Shown: positions 37,450-53,100 of the stretch, piece by piece
How the letters are laid out: each line of letters begins with the position of its first letter
How positions within the stretch are numbered: the first letter of the stretch is position 1
The notes under the pieces: generated by a model
What the model saw: only the letters and a program-made list of their open reading frames with translations
What the model was told of the DNA's origin: nothing
Database searches by the model: none
Program-made: the position numbers and the translations under genes
NCBI GenBank assembly: GCA_964016885.1
Contig: OZ024741.1
Location: forward strand, 37,076,001-37,140,000
Direction: 5' to 3'
DNA: 64,000 bases
DNA from: Eledone cirrhosa
Lineage: Eukaryota

Positions 37450-38825
37450 TACAGAATAGGCCATGAAAGTTACTGAAAGGGTTATAGCACAACTGATGAG
37501 AGATATTAAGGTTAGAATTAACCTGGATTAGATGTAGTTCAGCTTTGTGTTGGAGTGGGGTTCTACTGATATCACCTTACTTGTGAGGCAGCCACAGGAG
37601 AACTACTTAGCTAAGAGTAAGCCTCTCTACCTAGCATTCATTGACATGGACATTTTTTTCGACAGGGTACCCTTTTCTGTAATATGGTGGACTCATCAGA
37701 AACTAAGAGGTAGATGGCTTGTAAGGGCTGCACAGGCCACGTACAAAGGTACAATCAGCAAGGTTAGAGTTAACAATGAATACAGCAATGAATTTAGTAT
37801 GTAGATGTGGGTCCAGCAAAGCTTAGTACTCATCTCCCTTCTGTATATTATAGCCCTCCTTGCTATATTGGAGGATTTTAAGACTGGCTGTGGGAACTTC
37901 TCTATGCAGATGACTTAGTTTTCATAACTGAATTTGTGATAGAATTAGAGAAAAGATTCCAGATAGTGTGGCAAAACCTGGAATCAAAAGGTCTCAAAGT
38001 GAACTTGGCAAAGACTAAAGTCCTAGTTAGTAGGACAAAAAACAGTACTGAAACCATCAGGTAAATGGCTATGTTCTATATGCAGAAAAGGAGTTGGTAG
38101 GAATTCCATATTGTATACAATATGTAAACTATTGGTACACAAGAGTTGTAGCAGGATATCAGGCAGGGTAATGAAAAATGTAAACATTGAACGATGCAGA
38201 TGCATAAGAGCAGGTAGCAATATGAGAACACATGAAACAGGCTCTATCAAATGCTCAGGTGGGTGCCTAGAAATATTTGGGTGGCCTAATTAGTTTTGGA
38301 GGTAGATATCCTGAAAGTATACTAACCAGAATGAGAACTGTCAGGAAGAAGTTCAGGTGAGAGAAGCTAAGGGAGGGCAGGAAAAATAAAAAATAAAATT
38401 ATTTAAATTTAAAGAAAAACATCTGCTGGCTTGAAAGGGTTTCTCTCTCAGTGTAAAAGATATATTTATGATGTCTGCATGTAAACTGTAATGTTATATG
38501 GAGGTGAGACTTGAGGCACAGGGGATTTACAAAGACTTGAAAGAAGTGAACATGCTCCAATGGATATGTAATAGTAGTATACAGGAACAAAACTGGGCAT
38601 AAGAGGGATCGACCAGCTCACACTGTAAAGTGGTCATGTAGGTATCATGACAAAAAGCACCCAGACACACTGTAAATGTGGTTGGTGTTAGGAAGGCATC
38701 CAGCTATAGAAATCAAGTCAGAAACAGTTCTGTATGAGCAAGACACGGTCATCTGAATGAGACAATTTGCCTAACCTATGCTAGTGTGGAAAAAATGGAC
38801 ATTAAACAGTGATAATGATGATAAT
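37450..38825 (+). mobile_element. Degenerate RTE RT-to-3' fragment with tail
   Basis: YLAKSKPLYLAFIDM, LLYADD and GKWLCSICRKG remnants; tail motifs at 38610-38825. Confidence 0.8.
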
Positions 38826-38826
38826 G

Positions 38827-38858
<32 letters not shown>

Positions 38859-40232
38859 ACATATATATCCTTCAAGCTTGTAAATCAATCACACTGATCT
38901 ATGTTAAATTCATTGAATAAAAGATGTCTTTCTTTCATCCCCACAAAAACTTGGTAGAAAGAGAATAGGGGAGGAGGGTATTGAGAGAAGAACTGAAGGC
39001 ATATAGTCTTTTCCATTACACAACACAAAAACAACCGTTTTAAGGCAATTTTATCTGCTTAAGCAGATATTAGCCTTACCCCCATAACAAGCTTCTCCAT
39101 TTTGCCCTATCCCTGTACCCTTCTTGCTGTTATTTCCCCCTCCATCATCTTTAGCAATATATTTCATTACATTAACCAAATTATATCATTTTTAATGATA
39201 GAAAAAATAGAATTTGTTGATATGGTACTGGATTAAGTAAGATATGATTCTTTGATTTAGGGCCTATCCTTAAGTAATTATTTTGAACTGTACTTGGGAA
39301 GTACTCATAATTTAGGGAGAAAGGTGGAAAATTGGCAGAATTGTTCTGGCTCACTGCATTTTGAATTAAACTCCCACTGAAGTCAAATTTGCTTTGCATT
39401 CAGTGTTGATAAATAAAGTACTAGTCCATGATGTGGTGAATTGGCAAAACTGTTAAAGAGCTGGATGGGATACTTTCTGGTATCTGACCTGGCTTTTTAC
39501 ATTCTGAGCTGAAATTTCACCCCCTCCTTCCTGGAGTTGAACTGGTAGATAATAGATAGTATCAGCAATGGAAAAACAAATGGAAACATAATTTCCTTTG
39601 TCCAATCTGATAATCAGCTCCTTTCTTTTCCTTTTTCATAATTCTTTCATTGCTTCAATCCGCCAGCTATTGGAATTAATGCTAGAAATTGGAGAGTGTT
39701 AGCTATGATTCACTACTGTCCTATTCAGGGAGAGATATACATCCTTTTTACTTCAATGTGATGAAACAGGAAGCAATAGTTGGTTTTTGATTACTCTTAT
39801 GAGGATCCTGACATCATTTACATTTTATTACTTCAGAAGGTGTATCCTCAAGAATATCTTCCTAGTCATGGTTATTTAATTAATACGGTATATTTATAAA
39901 TAAACATTTAGAAAGCCATAGCTATGCAAAGACACTACAGCTTCATATGTAAATGAGGTTAATCACCTCATTTACACAGACAAGAAAACTATATATTCTC
40001 ACCTATTTTCAAAGTCCAGCAGTTGCAAGAGCGGGAGGGATCGTCCTGATGAGAACCAGTTCAGTTTGAAATGCAACGACGATTGTCCCCCCCTCTGCTT
40101 CTGCTGGATACTGCCAGGTGGCAATAGCTGCCAGTGTTTTTGCATAGCTATAGCTTTCTGAATATTTATTTATAAACATACTGTATTTCTTTAGAAATAG
40201 GAAATTCCAATGTATACATAAACACACACATG

Positions 40233-40263
<31 letters not shown>

Positions 40264-40454
40264 GTATAACGAAGGAGTTGTGGTAAGGAACCAGATGGAC
40301 CATAACGCACCAAAGTACTCAATATTTGAAACGGCTTGAGCTCTGCCGTCGGGGTCATACATTTCCCTATATATGGATATATATATATATATGTATATAT
40401 AAATATATATATATACATACACACACATACATACACATACACATGTATATATAA

Positions 40455-40497
<43 letters not shown>

Positions 40498-40746
40498 TAT
40501 ATATATACATACACACACATACACACACATACACATATATATATACACACACACATAAATGTATATATATACACACATATACACACCCACGCACAACAAA
40601 CTCACACATACTTACATACATACAAACATATACACCTATATTTATACACACATCTTTCATACAAATGCATAAACATACACATACAGAAACACATTTATAT
40701 ACCAAAAAAACTAAGATACATGACACATGTATATATATATATATAT

Positions 40747-41015
40747 CATCATCATCATCATCATCGCTGTTTTACGTCCGTTCTTCCACGCTAGCATGGG
40801 TTAGACGGGTTGTCCTGTTGTGGGTAGTGTTCAGTCGGCTGACCTTGTCTTGCTCATATGGGAACTGATTCTGGCTTTATTTTTACAGCTGGATGCCCTT
40901 CCTAACACCAACCTCATTTACAGTGAGTGCTGGGTGCTTTTTTGGCGTGGCACCTCCACGACCACTTTGCAGTAGAATGATAGGGACCCCAGCTGAGTAA
41001 ACTGGAGCAATGTGA
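40747..41015 (-). mobile_element. 5'-truncated type-2 SINE with an RTE-B-type tail
   Basis: Homologous to 62130-62618; lies between TA runs and short inverted flanks. Confidence 0.8.
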
Positions 41016-41619
41016 AAAAAAAATATATATATACATATCATGTATCTTAGTTTTTTGTTTTGGTATACATGTGTATGTGTGTGTGTGTTTATATATATAT
41101 ATATATATATATATAAATATACATGCAGGTGTCATGTATCTTAATTGTTTGACAAAAAGAGATTGATAAAATAAGTTCCAGATGTCAATATAATTGACTA
41201 AATCCCTTTATAGAGCCCCTGTTTGGTCATTGCAGTCTAATGACTGAAATCAGTAAAAGAGTGAGGTTTTAGACTGAGGGTGCTCTCCATCTTGCCTCTT
41301 GAATGCAATACATATCAACTTGCCTTTGCCTCAGTTTTTCCATGATCACTTCTGACCTACGTTTCATCATGCTGACATTAAAGTGACCTCTCTGAAGTTT
41401 CAAACTTGACAGGTGGGTGAAAAAGATTGGTATCTGATTTCTGCATCTGAAAAGGGAAAACTATTTCTATGATCAATTCTCATATAAATATATTCAAATG
41501 TTTTCATCAATTGGTTGGCTTTATATAAAAAAAAAAAAAATACATTGAGAGAGGAATCTAACCAACTTGATTGCAAAAACCTGAAACTGACTCTTTTTGT
41601 ACAATACAAAACTCTTCTA

Positions 41620-42360
41620 AAATGTTTATATTTATCTAAAAATCTTTCATCATAATTTTATGTAAGAACCTATTAAGTTATGTCCCAAATACCATTGTTG
41701 TGGCTTTCAAACTTCGAATTCTTTATACCATATACAATGCAACTACAAATTCCTTCTTCACTCAAAATTATTTTAAAATCTGAGGCAGTGACTTTTATTA
41801 GAAATATGGTAATGAAATGGTTAAAGTGTTTATATTTATCTGAAAACTTTCCACCATAAGTTTATGTAAGAACCTTTGTTAAGTTATGTTCCAAACACCA
41901 GCTCAATATTGAAAAATTTGGTTATATTACTATATCACTCAAAATTATTTTAAAATCTGAGACAGTCTTTCATTAGAAATACGGTAATATATATATAAGG
42001 GTTAAAGTGTTCATATATATCTCAAAATCTTTCATCATAATTTTTATGTAAGAACCTTTGTTAAGTTATGCTCCAAATAGCAGCTCAATAACAAGAAAGT
42101 TAGTTATATTACTAAATCACTCAAAATTATTTTTAAATCTGAAGTAGTCTTTCATTAGAAATATGGTAATAAAAGGGTTAAAGTATTTATATTCATCTGA
42201 AAACCTTCCATCATAAATTTATGTAAAACGTTTTATTAAATAATGCTCCAAACATCAGCTTACAAATGAAAAGCTAGTTATTTTACTAAATTCCTCAAAA
42301 CTCTTGATTTGTAAAACTGTGTGTGTATCTCATTAAAAATATAGTAATGAAAGGGTTAAA
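41620..42360. repeat. ~180-bp tandem repeat (4 diverged copies) derived from a piggyBac-like MITE
   Basis: Each unit runs AAAGTGTTTATATTTATCT..GTAAGAACCTTTGTTAAG..CATTAGAAATATGGTAAT..GGTTAA and matches the right part of 62779-63046. Confidence 0.8.
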
Positions 42361-43329
42361 GACAAGAAAATATAAACCATTCTTTCAAAACTATTCAGTC
42401 TATACAGAAAAGTTTAAGTGAAGCAGCAACATAGTTTATTTATTGTGTTCTGTAGTCAGTGTGGTGCCAAGAATATTGATGCAAAAATTTTCCATGATCA
42501 AAGAATTAGAAAATGTGTTTTTAAGAACTCTCATAAAAAAAACAAATAATGAAAAAAAAAAAACTAAAAAGAACATCCCCTAATTGTGTTTTATTTTAAT
42601 TTTGATTGAAACTGTGTGTATCTGGTTTAGAATAGGTACACTGTATCCCTGTGTGTTGTATGAGGTGACTAAAAGGATTCACACCAGGAAGGGCATCCGA
42701 CTGTGAAACATTGCCTCATAAAGGACTTCCTGGGGAGCATGCTTAAGAGACCCACATGCTAACCCATGCTTTTAACAGGAAGAAAATGGCCTAAAACTGC
42801 TTGTTGGTAATTTTGCTTTATGGTCATGTCAGACAGATGGCAAGAGGGTTGTATTGAGCCAGTCCAACTTGCATTTTAGTGGATGACCATCTCCATCCTG
42901 ATCAGATGTATTTTGTAAAAGGGTGCTTCAAAATAATTCAATTTTTGATTATCACCAGTTGCTGTATTTATTATGTAACCAGAGTGTGTGTGTAGCCAAT
43001 TTGGAATATGTACACCATTTTCCTGCATGTCATAAGAAGTGCCTATAAGGGTTGGTTTCAGGATGGGCATCCAGCAGAAGTAACATCCAACCCATGCTAG
43101 CATGGAAAAGTTGATATAAAAACGATGATAGTGATGATGATGAATAATTAAAGAATGCACTACAAAGTTTGAGATGATAGTGAAAAAAAAAGGGTTGAAG
43201 TTTCTGGTCCCTTAATATATAGGTTGTGGGTTTAAGTTATTATTTATCCTACAATGATCAGCTTCTATTACTGTCATAGTCATCATGCAACTATTTCTCA
43301 GATCAAACCCTGCCCCCACTACATTACTG

Positions 43330-44206
43330 ATACCACACCACCAACACCACCATCAACACCACCACCACCACCACCACCACTGACACTACCACTAACACCA
43401 CTGATGTCACCACCATCACCAATACTACCACTAATGCCAGCCCTCCATTACCTCCACCACAATCACTACCACTGACACTACCACTAACACCACCATTACC
43501 ACCATCACACTACTGATATCACCACCACTACTACTACCTCTACTATCACCATCATTATCACCACCACCACCACTACTACTAATACCATTGCTAACAACCC
43601 CCTCCCACTGCATACAACCCAACCACTAGTATCACCATTACCAGTAACACCATCACCACCATCATCACCACCACCACCACGATCACCACCACAACCACCA
43701 CCACCACCACCACCACCACCACGATCACTACCACAACCACCCCAACTACCACCACCATCATCATCACCACCACCATCACCACCATCACCACCATCACCAC
43801 CATTACCATCACCACCATCACCACCACAACCATCACCATCACCACCACCATCATCACCACCATCATCACCACCATCATCACCACCACCATCACAACCATC
43901 ACCACCACCATCACCACCATCACCACCATCACCACCACCACCATCACCACCACCATCATCACCACCATGATCACAACCATCACCACCACCATCACCACCA
44001 TCACCACCATCACCACCATCACCACCATCACCACCACCACCATCACCACCACCATCATCACCACCATGATCACCACCACCATCACAACCACCACCACCAT
44101 CACAACCATCACCACCACCATCACCACCATCACCACCATCACCACCACCACCATCATCACCACCATCATCACCACCATGACCACCATGATCACCACCATC
44201 ACCACC
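43330..44206. repeat. (CAC/CAT)n compound microsatellite
   Basis: Direct inspection. Confidence 0.95.
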
Positions 44207-45006
44207 TTTCTCAAATGAACAGCCCTATACCCTTCCCCATCCTTTATTTCAATGCTTATTCCAGAAAAGAAGGACCCAGACCCAAAGAGATTACCATGTG
44301 TTCCTTTTAAAATAACCAGACTGGGGGTCGGGGAAGGGGTCCAGGGGAATGGGTGAACAAAAACAAACCAGGGTAAGGTAATAAAATAAGAAGAAAAAAC
44401 ACAAAACAAATAAATAAAATGATAAAAGCAGCACTAAATAAATATAAAAATAAGTTTTAAAACTCTCAAAGAAAATTCAAAGCAAATTAAATGAGCAAAT
44501 GTGGCAGTCTTTTGCTTGAATTGCTAAAAATAGCAGCCAAACTACCCTCAAATTTTATCCAACTGTCTTAACCCTTTTGATACCAAACTGTCTGAAACCA
44601 CCTCTGGTTCTATGATAAAGAACTGTAGATTTCAAAATGTTTTTACTATATGAATTCTCTCTCTCTCCCCTCTCTCTCACTCTCTTCCCCTCTCTCTCTT
44701 CTCTCGCTCTCTTTATATATATATATATCATTGATAAATGTATATCATCATCTCTGTTTACCGTCCATTTTTCTGCACTGGCATGGGTTAGATGAGTTGT
44801 CCTGTTGTGAGCAATGCCAGGTCAGGTGACCATGTCATGCTCATACAGAACCGATTTTGGCTTGGCTTTTACAAGATTCTTGATGTGAACTCGTGTGTTG
44901 AAACTGATATTGTTATATTTGGGGATGGTCATGTTGCCAATATTGCCAATAGAAAGAAACACACGCATGATTTTCACTTTATCTTTATTGTTCGGCATTC
45001 ATTTGT

Positions 45007-45062
<56 letters not shown>

Positions 45063-45065
<3 letters not shown>

Positions 45066-45665
45066 TCATCATCATCATCACCGTTTTACATTCGTTCTTC
45101 CACACTAGCATGGGTTAGACGGGTTGTCCTGTTGTGGGCAGTAGCCCGTTGGCTGACCATGCCTTGGTCATACGGGAACTGATTCTGGCTTGGTTTCTAC
45201 AGCTGGATGCCCTTCCTAACACCAACCTCATTTACAGCGAGTGGTGGGTGCTTTTTTTCCGTGGCGCCTACACGTCCACTTTACAGTGTGGGCTGGGTGC
45301 TTTTTTGCTGTGGCACCTCCACGACCACTTTGCAGAGGGAGGGTGTGGGAGCATATTGTCTATATCCTTCAGCTTCGGCTTGTACCCGTGGGGCGGGGGG
45401 CGGGTCTTCTGTATTACTGCATGACGCCAGAGGTCACGGTCGTGTGTCATCACCTTTGAGAGGTGTAATTGGGTAAGGTCGGCTTTTATCACCTCATCCC
45501 AGGTCTTCTTGGGTCTCCCCACTCCGCGGCTTCCATCGACTTCTAGTGCACTGTACCTTTTTATGCAGCTGTCATCCTTCATGTCCATACCAACGCAACC
45601 GCCTCTCCTGCACACATCATTTGATTCCTCTTATGCTCAGTCTCTCTCTCAATTCGTTTATGCTT
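45063..45665 (-). mobile_element. RTE family B 3' fragment
   Basis: ORF end MKDDSCIK..GRPKKTWDEVIKADL..DRDLWRHAV, UTR and (TGA)n tail abutting (TA)n. Confidence 0.88.
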
Positions 45666-45830
45666 TGGGAGAGTCATGCTGCCAATAAAAACACGCATCT
45701 AATTTAATATGAATTTCCGGTTAGTTGGTTGGTTCGATAACCGGATGGTTGTTTATATATTGTCAAAGCTTTTTCGTCACACATTCTGTGACCTCCTCAA
45801 TGACTGGGTTTTTATTTTGTATCACTTCTT
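45666..45830 (-). mobile_element. pLTR remnant of the 6067-6679 Penelope-like family
   Basis: High similarity to 6080-6255 including the hammerhead-like motif; another piece lies at ~44896-44980. Confidence 0.7.
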
Positions 45831-46515
45831 TGTTGTCCTACATCATCTTAACCGAGATGTGTGGACCACATTATAGTCTGTTGGTTGTGAAGCAGATAAA
45901 AAGAAGCACTCAACGATCTGTATAAATAGTGTAAGTCAGATCATTATATATTAATAAAAGATCGGAGGCCATATTCAGTAGATTAAAATTTATTTAAAAC
46001 CCCGTTATACATATATCTGTTATGATAGCCTGAGCTCATCAGATGGCAAAACCTAAAATAAACATTAAAAGTTCCTAAGAAACCTTTAAATTTGGAAAAA
46101 TCAAATAATTTCCATGAAAAAGATTTTCTTTCCATGATTCAAGGGGCCAGCCACCGAAGAAACAACACCATGTGTTCGTCCTGGTATTCACAGGGGTTAC
46201 GTTCCTAGAGCACCCACGAAGAGTGAAAAACCGCGAATATTGGACGTGGTCCATAAAAATGCCTATAAACGTCAAAATATAACATAAAATATAATTTTAA
46301 AAAAATATGCGAAGGAGCATCCAATAGGCTGGCAAATAGGGTAATTGGTAATAATAATTTAGCATTAAACAAATATATATTGCCACGAAAAAAACCATTC
46401 AAAATCATGGAAGATATTTACGATTCTGTGAATACGCTGTGGTTTCCTCAAACACTTATTAGTTAGGTTCTAAGGAAAATTCCACAAATGTCAAGGTGGG
46501 TGGGGGAGGGGTATG

Positions 46516-46554
<39 letters not shown>

Positions 46555-46609
46555 GTCCCACCCTTGCAAGCAGGGAAAAGCGGACGTAAAATGAAATGAT
46601 GATGAATGA

Positions 46610-46649
<40 letters not shown>

Positions 46650-47109
46650 GTCACTCTCTTATATACGATATATACTATATACACTCTGTTTCTCTTCACC
46701 CCCCCCCCCTCGTTTCATGTCTTTATTTTCTCCATCTTCTATCTCTTTATCTATCTTTCTTTCTTCTTCTCTCATATACTGTACATATTCCCCATTCTCA
46801 TTTCACTTCCTTCTCTCTCTCTCTTTCTCTCACATTTCTTCATGGCCATTTTGCTTCCCTTTTATTCCCCCCCTCTCTCTTTATCTCTCAATCCATCAAC
46901 CGCTCTCCCTCTCTCATACACTATACACACTCCTCACACCCTTTTCACTCACCCATTTCTCCCTCTTCATATCCCCCTTCACGCACTGCTCTCTCTCTCT
47001 CTTTCTCTCTCAACTAATTATCCAACTTGAAGCTTAAATGTGGGACAACAGATGTTAAAATTCTTACTATGACAACTAGTTAAAAAGTCAGGCAAGGAAA
47101 TAAGGGAGA

Positions 47110-50100
47110 AAACAACAACAACACCAACACCACTGACAACACCAACACCACCAACACCACTAACAACAACACCACCAACACCACTAACAACAACACCACC
47201 AACACCACTGACAACAACACCACCACCACCACTGACAACACCAACACCACCAACACCACTAACAACAACACCACCAACACCACTAACAACAACACCACCA
47301 ACACCACTGACAACACCAACACCACCAACACCACTAACAACAACACCACCAACACCACTAACACCAACACCACCAACACCACTGACAACACCAACACCAC
47401 CAACACCACTAACAACAACACCACCAACACCACTAACAACAACACCACCAACACCACTGACAACACCAACACCACCAACACCACTAACAACAACACCACC
47501 ACCACCACTGACAACAAGAACACCACCAACACCACTAACAACAACACCACCACCACCACCACTGACAACAACAACACCACCACCACCACTGACAACACCA
47601 ACACCACCAACACCACTAACAACAACACCACCAACACCACTAACAACAACACCACCAACACCACTGACAACACCAACACCACCAACACCACTAACAACAA
47701 CACCACCACCACCACTGACAACAAGAACACCACCAACACCACTAACAACAACACCACCACCACCACCACTGACAACAACAACACCACCACCACCACTGAC
47801 AACACCAACACCACTAACAACAACACCACCACCACCACTGACAACACCAACACCACCAACACCACTAACAACAACACCACCACCACCACCACTGACAACA
47901 CCAACACCACCAACACCACTAACAACAACACCACCACCACCACTGACAACACCAACACCACCACCACCACTGACAACAACAACACCACCACCACCACTGA
48001 CAACACCAACACCACCAACACCACTAACAACAACACCACCACCAGCACTGACAACACCAACACCACCAACACCACTAACAACAACACCACCACCGGCACT
48101 GACAACACCAACACCACCAACACCACTAACAACAACACCACCACCACCACTGACAACAACAACACCACCACCACCACTGACAACACCAACACCACCAACA
48201 CCACTAACAACAACACCACCACCACCACTGACAACACCAACACCACCACCACCACTGACAACACCAACACCACCACCACCACTGACAACACCAACACCAC
48301 CACCACCACTGACAACACCAACACCACCAACACCATTGACAATACCAACACCACCAACACCACCACCACCACTGACAACACCAACACCACCACCACCACT
48401 AACAACAACACCACCACCACCACTGACAACACCAACACCACCAACACCATTGACAACACCAACACCACCACCACCACTGACAACACCAACACCACCAACA
48501 CCACTAACAACAACACCACCAACACCACTAACAACAACACCACCACCACCACTGACAACACATAAACCACCTACACCACTAACAACAACACCACCACCAC
48601 CACTGACAACACCAACACCACCAACACCACTAACAACACCACCACCACCACCACTGACAACACCAACACCACCAACACCACTAACAACACCACCACCATC
48701 ACTGACAACACCAACACCACCAACACCACTGACAACACCAACACCACCAACACCACTAACAACAACACCACCAACACCACTAACAACAACACCACCACCA
48801 CCACTGACAACACCAACACCACCACCACCACTAACAACAACACCACCACCACCACCACTGACAACACCAACACCACCAACACCACTAACAACAACACCAC
48901 CACCACCACTGACAACACCAACACCACTACCACCACTAACAACAACACCACCACCACCACTGACAACACCAACACCACCAACACCACTAACAACACCACC
49001 ACCACCACCACTGACAACACCAACACCACCAACACCACTAACAACAACACCACCAACACCACTAACAACAACAACACCACCACCACTGACAACACCAACA
49101 CCACCAACACCACTAACAACACCACCACCACCACCACTGACAACACCAACACCACCAACACCACTAACAACAACACCACCACTACCACTGACAACACCAA
49201 CACCACCAACACCACTAACAACAACACCACCACCACCACTGACAACACCAACACCACCAACACCACTAACAACAACACCACCACCACCACTGACAACACC
49301 AACACCACCAACACCACTAACAACACCACCACCACCACCACTGACAACACCAACACCACTACCACCACTAACAACAACACCACCACCACCACTGACAACA
49401 CCAACACCACCACCACTGACAACACCAACACCACCAACACCACTAACAACAACACCACCACCACCACTGACAACACCAACACCACTAACAACAACACCAC
49501 CACCACCACTGACAACACCAACACCACCAACACCACTAACAACAACACAACCACCACCACTGACAACACCAACACCACCAACACCACTAACAACACCACC
49601 ACCACCACCACTGACAACACCAACACCACCACCACCACTGACAACACCAACACAACCAACACCACTGACAACACCAACACCACCAACACCACTAACAACA
49701 ACACCACCAACACCACTAACAACAACACCACCACCACCACTGACAACACCAACACCACCAACACCACTAACAACAACACAACCACCACCACTGACAACAC
49801 CAACACCACCAACACCACTAACAACACCACCACCACCACCACTGACAACACCAACACCACCACCACCACTGACAACACCAACACAACCAACACCACTGAC
49901 AACACCAACACCACCAACACCACTAACAACAACACCACCAACACCACTAACAACAACACCACCACCACCACTGACAACACCAACACCACCAACACCACTA
50001 ACAACACCACCACCACCACCACTGACAACACCAACACCACCAACACCACTAACAACACCACCACCACCACCACTGACAACACCAACGCCACCACCACTAA

Positions 50101-53100
50101 CAACAACACCACCAACACCACTGACAACACCAACACCACCAACACCACTAACAACACCACCACCACCACCACTGACAACACCAACACCACCAACACCACT
50201 AACAACAACACCACCACCACCACTGACAACACCAACGCCACCACCACTAACAACAACACCACCAACACCACTGACAACACCAACACCACCAACACCACTA
50301 ACAACACCACCACCACCACCACTGACAACACCAACACCACCAACACCACTAACAACAACACCACCACCACCACTGACAACACCAACACCACCAACACCAC
50401 TAACAACACCACCACCGCCACCACTGACAACACCAACACCACTACCACCACTAACAACAACACCACCACCACCACTGACAACACCAACACCACCAACACC
50501 ACTAACAACAACACCACCACCACCACTGACAACACCAACACCACCAACACCACTAACAACACCACCACCACCACCACTGACAACACCAACACCACCAACA
50601 CCACTAACAACAACACCACCACCACCACTGACAACACCAACACCACCAACACCACTAACAACAACACCACCACCACCACTGACAACACCAACACCACCAA
50701 CACCACTAACAACAACACCACCACCACCACTGACAACACCAACACCACCAACACCACTAACAACAACACCACCACCACCACCGACAACACCAACACCACC
50801 ACCACCACTAACAACAACACCACCACCACCACTGACAACACCAACACCACCAACGCCACTAACAACACCACCACCACTGACAACACCAACACCACCACCA
50901 CCACTAACAACACCACCACCACCACTACTGACAACACCAACACCATCAACGCCACTAACAACACCACCACCACTGACAACACCAACACCACCACCACCAC
51001 TAACAACAACACCACCACCACCACCACTGACAACACCAACACCACCAACGCCACTAACAACACCACCACCACTGACAACACCAACACCACCACCACCACT
51101 AACAACAACACCACCACCACCACCGACAACACCAACACCACCACCACCACTAACAACAACACCACCACCACCACTGACAACACCAACACCACCAACACCA
51201 CCACCACCACTGACAACACCAACACCACCAACGCCACTAACAACAACACCACCACCACCACCACTAACAACAACACCACCACCACCACTGACAACACCAA
51301 CAGCACCAACGCCACTAACAACAACACCACCACCACCACTGACAACACCAACACCACTAACAACACCACCACCACCACCACTGACAACACCAACACCACC
51401 AACGCCACTAACAACAACACCACCACCACCACTGACAACACCAACACCACCAACGCCACTAACAACAACACCACCACCACCACTGACAACACCAACACCA
51501 CTAACAACACCACCACCACCACCACTGACAACACCAACACCACCAACGCCACTAACAACAACACCACCACCACCACTGACAACACCAACACCACCAACAC
51601 CACTAACAACAACACCACCACCACCACTGACAACACCAACACCACTAACAACAACACCACCACCACCACTGACAACACCACCACCACCACCACTGACAAC
51701 ACCAACACCACCAACACCACTAACAACAACACCACCACCACCACTGACAACACCAACACCACCAACACCACTAACAACACCACCACCACCACCACTGACA
51801 ACACCAACACCACCACCACCACTGACAACACCAACACCACCAACACCACTAACAACACCACCACCAACACCACTAACAACAACACCACCACCAACACCAC
51901 TAACAACAACACCACCACCACCACTGACAACACCAACACCACCAACACCACTAACAACAACACCACCACCACCACTGACAACACCAACACCACCAACACC
52001 ACTGACAACACCAACACCACCAACACCACTAACAACAACACCACCAACACCACTAACAACAACACCACCACCACCACTGACAACACCAACACCACCAACA
52101 CCACTAACAACACCACCACCACCACCACTGACAACACCAACACCACCAACACCACTGACAACACCAACACCACCAACACCACTAACAACAACACCACCAA
52201 CACCACTAACAACAACACCACCACCACCACTGACAACACCAACACCACCACCACCACTAACAACAACACCACCACCACCACCACTGACAACACCAACACC
52301 ACCAACACCACTAACAACAACACCACCACCACCACTGACAACACCAACACCACTACCACCACTAACAACAACACCACCACCACCACTGACAACACCAACA
52401 CCACCAACACCACTAACAACACCACCACCACCACCACTGACAACACCAACACCACCAACACCACTAACAACAACACCACCAACACCACTAACAACAACAA
52501 CACCACCACCACTGACAACACCAACACCACCAACACCACTAACAACACCACCACCACCACCACTGACAACACCAACACCACCAACACCACTAACAACAAC
52601 ACCACCACTACCACTGACAACACCAACACCACCAACACCACTAACAACAACACCACCACCACCACTGACAACACCAACACCACCAACACCACTAACAACA
52701 ACACCACCACCACCACTGACAACACCAACACCACCAACACCACTAACAACACCACCACCACCACCACTGACAACACCAACACCACTACCACCACTAACAA
52801 CAACACCACCACCACCACTGACAACACCAACACCACCACCACTGACAACACCAACACCACCAACACCACTAACAACAACACCACCACCACCACTGACAAC
52901 ACCAACACCACTAACAACAACACCACCACCACCACTGACAACACCAACACCACCAACACCACTAACAACAACACAACCACCACCACTGACAACACCAACA
53001 CCACCAACACCACTAACAACACCACCACCACCACCACTGACAACACCAACACCACCACCACCACTGACAACACCAACACAACCAACACCACTGACAACAC

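Noticed and set aside
42630-42720. Possible HDV-like ribozyme at a degenerate GTTGTATGAGGTGACTAA..GGAAGGGCATCC repeat (inverse relative near 9460-9530)
   Set aside because: The nested double pseudoknot could not be built by eye; treated as a decayed repeat fragment
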